Below, one piece after another: positions 36,759-40,993 of a stretch of DNA of 40,993 nt. Origin of the DNA: Anthoceros angustus (Eukaryota > Plantae > Anthocerotophyta); the NCBI GenBank assembly GCA_010909165.1, contig VJWM01000358.1, forward strand, positions 1 through 40,993, read 5' to 3'. A program made the translations under genes and the position numbers. The first letter of the stretch is position 1. Each line of letters opens with the position of its first letter. The notes beneath the pieces are model-generated. The model ran no database searches and had not been told where the DNA came from. It saw only the letters and a list, made by a program, of their open reading frames with translations.

Positions 36759-37003
36759 GATGGTGCGCTGCGCGAGCTGTATGGCCTGCGCCGCGACGCT
36801 TTGGATGGCTGCGATAGCGGTAGCGAGGCGTACATGGCGCCTGCGCTACTCGAGCACAAGGGCACATATACTGCGAGCAGGCATGGCCCTATGGAAGATG
36901 GTCTACGCGCGGCTGTATGGCCTTGTCACGCACGGATGGCTGCGATAGCGGTAGCAGGCGTACATGGCGCCCTGCCTTCTCGGCACAAGGCTATACTGCG
37001 AGC
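36759..37003 (+). repeat. Subterminal tandem repeat, 2 copies of about 131 bp
   Basis: ggatggctgcgatagcggtagc..ggcgtacatggcgcc starts at 36803 and 36934; gctgtatggcc and tatactgcgagc are also duplicated. Confidence 0.8.
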
Positions 37004-37262
37004 GAGCATACGTATTTCCCTCCTATCTCCGCATAAAGCCACGGTGGCAGTATCGTGATGGCAACGCGGAGATGGGGTCATGCGAATGGATGTCCATGCC
37101 CTCACCATTGTGTGTCACAAACGATTCACAAGACACAGACACCACATGCTTAGTGAGATCGGGACACGAGGCGGCGCCCGGCGGCCGATGTCGTCAAGTG
37201 TCCAGTTTTCCGCCGTGTCGGCCGAAAAACTTCTTTGGTCACAATGGAAAACCCTAAAGGGG

Positions 37263-37283
37263 CGTGGAGATCGGTATTCCATA
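37263..37283 (-). repeat. Right terminal inverted repeat of the IS3EU-like element
   Basis: cgtggagatcggtattccata, immediately followed by the TSD gccatg. Confidence 0.8.
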
Positions 37284-38161
37284 GCCATGGATGTGTCGAC
37301 CGGTGAGAAAATCCTTGATGCACTAACACGTGGCGTGTCAAGGGACGATGGTGTCGACGGTTAATGGTTTCTACGGTGGGGTTCGCAATCTATTGAGCAA
37401 GTTGGTGCTGCTGTTGCTCTCACGGTTTTAGCCACGCTTTGAGTGTGACACCGGGCGATGCTCGCATGGTATTATTGAGGCTGCAAGCGGTTGGAGCGGT
37501 AAGGTGGTGGCGACAAGCGGCTTACCCCCACATCGGGCGGGGGGTAGGCGAGCCACCATCGGTGATCCCTTCTGACAGATTCTTGTGGCGCAGAAGGCGA
37601 GTCCGCGGCTCCTCTGTCCCGAGCAAGAGGACCCAGGAAGAAGAAGAAGACTAACTTTAACTCCACTAAAGAATGGATTTCCGTCATGGGACTTGGTACT
37701 TAACAACTTGTACCTTGGTGTGCCTAAGCTACTTGCACCAAGCATCCACTCCTTCAGGCACCCCATCTAAGTACCCATCTAAGCGCACGTGGCTCAAGTG
37801 TCAAGGGAGATGCTCTTGTCTGTGTAGGCTGTGGCCCCTTCGAGCTTGACAATTTTATGCATTTGCTGCACTCAATGTAGTTCCTTGTGGCCTTCATCAC
37901 TGTTGAACCGGTGGTGTTTGACCAGGTTAATGGTTTCTACAGAGTTGGGTTCGGCAATCTTTTGAGCAAGTTGGTGCTGCTGTTGCTCTCACGGTTTTTC
38001 TGCAAAAGCCACGCTTTCCGCTGACGATCTCCACAACCAAATCACCCTGGATAGAAAGGATAGAAACACACCTTCCTTCCTCACCTTCGAAGAAAGCAAA
38101 ATCTCCAGTTAGTTGGATATCGGAGATGGCCGTGAGCGATTTTCCGCGTTGTCTAGTGTCA
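37284..38161 (+). repeat. Tandem duplication copy 2, right part, with an extra segment and a partial internal repeat
   Basis: Matches 8182-8494. gttaatggtttctac...agccacgcttt occurs twice (about 37360-37440 and 37927-38017) around 37441-37905, which is absent from copy 1. Confidence 0.85.
37430..38100 (-). pseudogene. NLR-like LRR remnant
   Basis: Minus strand ELH.VQQMHKIVKLEG and CLKEWMLGASSLGTPRYKLL resemble NLR LRR motifs (L.EL.+..C.KL; L+EW). Stops and frameshifts present. Confidence 0.4.
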
Positions 38162-38419
38162 TAGAGGGGCAAGAGGCCTCAGACGCCATTCCAGTGATGA
38201 CATCCTTTCCCAGCTTTGCCCGGTCGGGAAGATGGAACACACACATCCTGACAGTGTGCAAAAGATCTAGAAATCATTCAAGCAGAGGACCGAAAATCTG
38301 GACTTGCTTCTTGAAACCGAAAGCTCAAGCACCTACAGCCCTGCCACTCACACGTTCTTTCCTTCCTACCCTCCACGAGCTAACACCTGAAAAACCACCC
38401 TTTTTGTGCGCTTCACAGG

Positions 38420-38560
38420 TGCAGCCTGCAATCAGTGCTTTCCGATGACAGTGTCAAACACCAGCTGTGCATCAACCGTGCTGCTTGACTTCCCATACGT
38501 GCTAATCAAACTGCCAGCTACAAACACATCAGCTTGGAGCCGCTGTCCTACAATCTGCCA
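38420..38560 (-). pseudogene. PPR gene fragment
   Basis: VGQRLQADVFVAGSLISTYGKSSSTVDAQLVFDTV matches the PLS-PPR pattern G...DVFV.SSLI.MY.KCG...DA..VFD. Confidence 0.75.
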
Positions 38561-38796
38561 ACTAGAGAGGCCTCAACGATGGCTTCCACCAAAGCGAGGA
38601 TAAATTTGGTGCCTTTCTCGGCATCTCTGAAACATACTTCTCCATGACTGGTTGAGAAAACGACGAGACAGTCACTCACAGAAAGCAGGGTCGAACCTTC
38701 CCAGCTCTCTTGCTGACGAGATTGCTTCAAGACATCGTCTCCGACGTCTTAGCCCTTGGCAGTTGTGGTGCCTCAACAAGCATTAATGATAAAACA

Positions 38797-38894
38797 AAAC
38801 ACCTTTGGCTTGTCTGCCGCAAAACTGTGTCCAGTGATAGGCCCATCAGTGGAAACAGTTATGTACATCTCTGGCAAACAAGCCAAAGGTGTTT
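38797..38894. repeat. About 100-nt fold-back (hairpin), copy 1
   Basis: aaacacctttggcttgtctgcc versus ggcaaacaagccaaaggtgttt (21/22 complementary). Inner stem actgtgtccagtgat / atcagtggaaacagt (13/15). Confidence 0.8.
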
Positions 38895-39705
38895 GTCATC
38901 ATTGCTTTCGACAAAGGTGTTTGTCATCATTTCTTTCGAGATCGCTTTCTCGATGTTCGGCAGCTCGAACCCTGCATCTCTTGACAAGTACGGCTGATAA
39001 ACCTAATGCTGCAGTCAAGAGGAAGCTCTCTACATCTCTGGAACATTCACTCTACGTACAGCTGCCCTTCTTCAGCATGTTCAAGCACACGTCTCAAAAG
39101 CATTACACTATGTCCTACACTCCTTGAAGCTTGCTAGCAATTGCAAGTTGTACGAGCAGGAAAGACGAGCACACCTAGGTGTGTTGCAAAACAGCGCAGC
39201 AGCTCATACCCAGCATCCCCAAAAGCCCGGCGGCCAGTCTAACCAACCACATGCCATCCTAGCTCCGGACGCAGGAAGGGCACAAAGCGCGAGTGCCGAG
39301 GGTGACCAGACTTGGAAACCCACAAGACCGGGAAGAGCTCCTCCTCCGAGACCCACTGGGATGGAAAGCGTTCAGCTTCCACGATTCCACCTAAGTAGTA
39401 GAGGAAGCCAGTCCGATCGTCCAACTTGTGGTAAAATAAACCCTAAATTTGTGACTGGCGTCCGCTAAGGGCTCCCAGTGGAAAGGGTCCTGCTCTGGAT
39501 AAGATCTCTTCCTCCGCCCGTTCGGCTTGTCGAAGACGGATTGCCTACTGGACACGGTAGGACGCCTTAGGAATTCCTCTTGTATCTTTTCATTTCCACA
39601 TGATGCCATTGCATAGCTCCGGTCATGGACTCAAGTTACAATGGACTTGAGTTCCAATGAACCCATGTCTGGCTGTAACTCCTTCGAGGACTTGCCAACT
39701 CCCAC

Positions 39706-39735
39706 GCTCACTGCTCACTGCTCACTGCTCACTGC
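39706..39735 (+). repeat. (GCTCACT)n heptamer repeat
   Basis: gctcactgctcactgctcactgctcactgc. Confidence 0.85.
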
Positions 39736-39879
39736 ACAAACCAAAACAGACAGCAGATCTATTTCCAACCCAGTCTGACCGTGATCTGGTGTCACCGTAA
39801 TCTGGTGTCTTAAGAGCCCTGAAACTGAGCCCCATGTATCCTCCTGATGTATACTCTTCTGCCTGGACAGGATAGATTT

Positions 39880-40125
39880 GTGGTTGGTGAAAGTTATCAG
39901 CCGTTCTTGTCAAGAGATGCAGGTTCGAGCTGCCGCACCGGTATTGGATGGAGATAGCGATCTCGAAAGCAATAAACACCTTTGGCTTGTTTGTTAGAGA
40001 TGTAACTGTTTCCACTGATGGGTCCATCACTGGACACAGTTTTGCGGCAGACAAGCCAAAGATGTTTTATGTTTTATCATTAATGCTTGTCGAGGCACCG
40101 ACAACCGTCCAGGGCTAAGACGTCG
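39880..40125 (-). repeat. Inverted duplicate of about 38740-38990, including hairpin copy 2 (39974-40067)
   Basis: aaacacctttggcttgtttg...actgtttccactgatggg.ccatcactggacacagttttgcggcagacaagccaaag is the reverse complement of the 38797-38894 region; flanks also match. Confidence 0.85.
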
Positions 40126-40993
40126 AAGAGAAGCCATTTGTGACATGAAGGCAGGAGCTGCAGACGCGATTTGAGTGAAGGACATCCTGTCCCAGCTTTG
40201 CCTGGTCGGAAGATGAAAATACATCCTGGCGGTCTACAAAGGATGTAAAATCAGTGAACCAGAAGACCGCCAATCTGGACTTGCTTCTTGAAACCAACCG
40301 TTGCAGCTGTACAAACACGCACGTTCTGCCCTCCCTACCCATAGCCTTTATGAGCCATCATCTGTTCATCCAAACAAGGACGCTGTGAGACGTCTCTTTG
40401 CCAAACAGGAATGCGTAGAAAAGGAGAAGTGAGAAGACCCTATCACAAGCAGTTTGATGCACCAACAGTGTGTCGCTGAAGACGATATCTGACACTTGAT
40501 TGAAGGCATTACAGGTTGGTTAATTATGTAGACCCTGGCCGCACCCTACTTACGCTGGCCAGGCATGTGAGGAGCATGGAATGGTTAAGACCAGTGTAGC
40601 ATTCTAGTTAGAGTGCTGCGCAACTCGGGACACAGGAATTTCTTCTCGTATCCTGCTCCGGTTTTGTGCACGACCTCCATGTCCGTGACCTTGCCAATCA
40701 CGCTTGCTACAATGCTCAGCACATCTTCCGTTTGAGAGCCCTCAATGATGGCTTCCATCAAAGCTATGATAAAGTTTGTGCCTTTCTCGACATCCCTGAA
40801 AGGTTCGTCTCCACAACTGCTTCTGCTGTGAGATCCTTAGATCGTGAAACGGCAGAAGCGGTTCCAGCACCTGTTTCACCCTCGACGACTCGAGGAATTC
40901 TGCGCTCTCCTCGTTGATGTACAGAATGATATCGGTACCACGGGTATCTTTTCCGTTTCAGTAAGGCTGAACTCGGGACTGCCATCCTCCCAT

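Larger units (their letters stand above)
9447..37283. mobile_element. 27.8 kb composite DNA transposon, IS3EU-like (about 17.9 kb without the two LTR insertions)
   Basis: Left end TATGGAATATCCG; right end CGGTATTCCATA (reverse complement TATGGAATACCG). 6-bp TSD GCCATG at 9441-9446 and 37284-37289. The paralogous empty site aagGCCATGgatgtg is at 8179-8193. IS3-like DDE transposase inside. TAY..RTA termini with a 6-bp TSD are the diagnostic described for IS3EU. Confidence 0.85.

Noticed and set aside
9447-37283. Polinton/Maverick or Starship assignment for the giant element (large size, 6-bp TSD)
   Set aside because: No protein-primed polymerase, capsid, packaging ATPase or tyrosine recombinase motifs were seen. 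The termini are TAT..ATA and the transposase is IS3-like.
39622-39660. Small hairpin ggactcaagt...acttgagttcc
   Set aside because: The stem is only about 10 bp and has no supporting context.

Overview
Eukaryotic, plant-type (probably non-seed streptophyte) genomic DNA. Almost every reading frame is broken by small indels, including the host gene and a retrotransposon with intact ends, which suggests an unpolished long-read sequence, so protein calls rest on motifs stitched by eye across frames. Left flank: a PPR fragment and an apparently intronless TORNADO1-like LRR-Roc-COR gene (3302-7465, minus), followed by a ~1.3 kb tandem duplication of its 5' end and upstream region. The second copy of that duplication is split by a 27.8 kb DNA transposon (9447-37283). 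It has TATGGAATA...TATTCCATA termini and a 6-bp GCCATG target duplication, and the empty site is preserved in the first copy at 8182-8187. Near its right end it carries an IS3-like DDE transposase; termini, TSD and transposase together fit the IS3EU superfamily. Upstream of the transposase on the same strand is a PHD-finger plus SET-domain gene, and a divergent unidentified gene lies at the left end. The middle holds a Zisupton/KDZ-type transposase with a SWIM-like finger between long, internally repetitive inverted arms. Nested in the left gene are a full-length Ty3/gypsy LTR retrotransposon (10399-18803, ATTGC TSD) and a related probable solo LTR (19575-21097). Right flank: NLR-like LRR remnants, a PPR fragment, a duplicated ~100-nt hairpin and short segments shared with the left flank. 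The most interesting candidate is a plant IS3EU-like transposon carrying a chromatin reader/writer (PHD-SET) gene.
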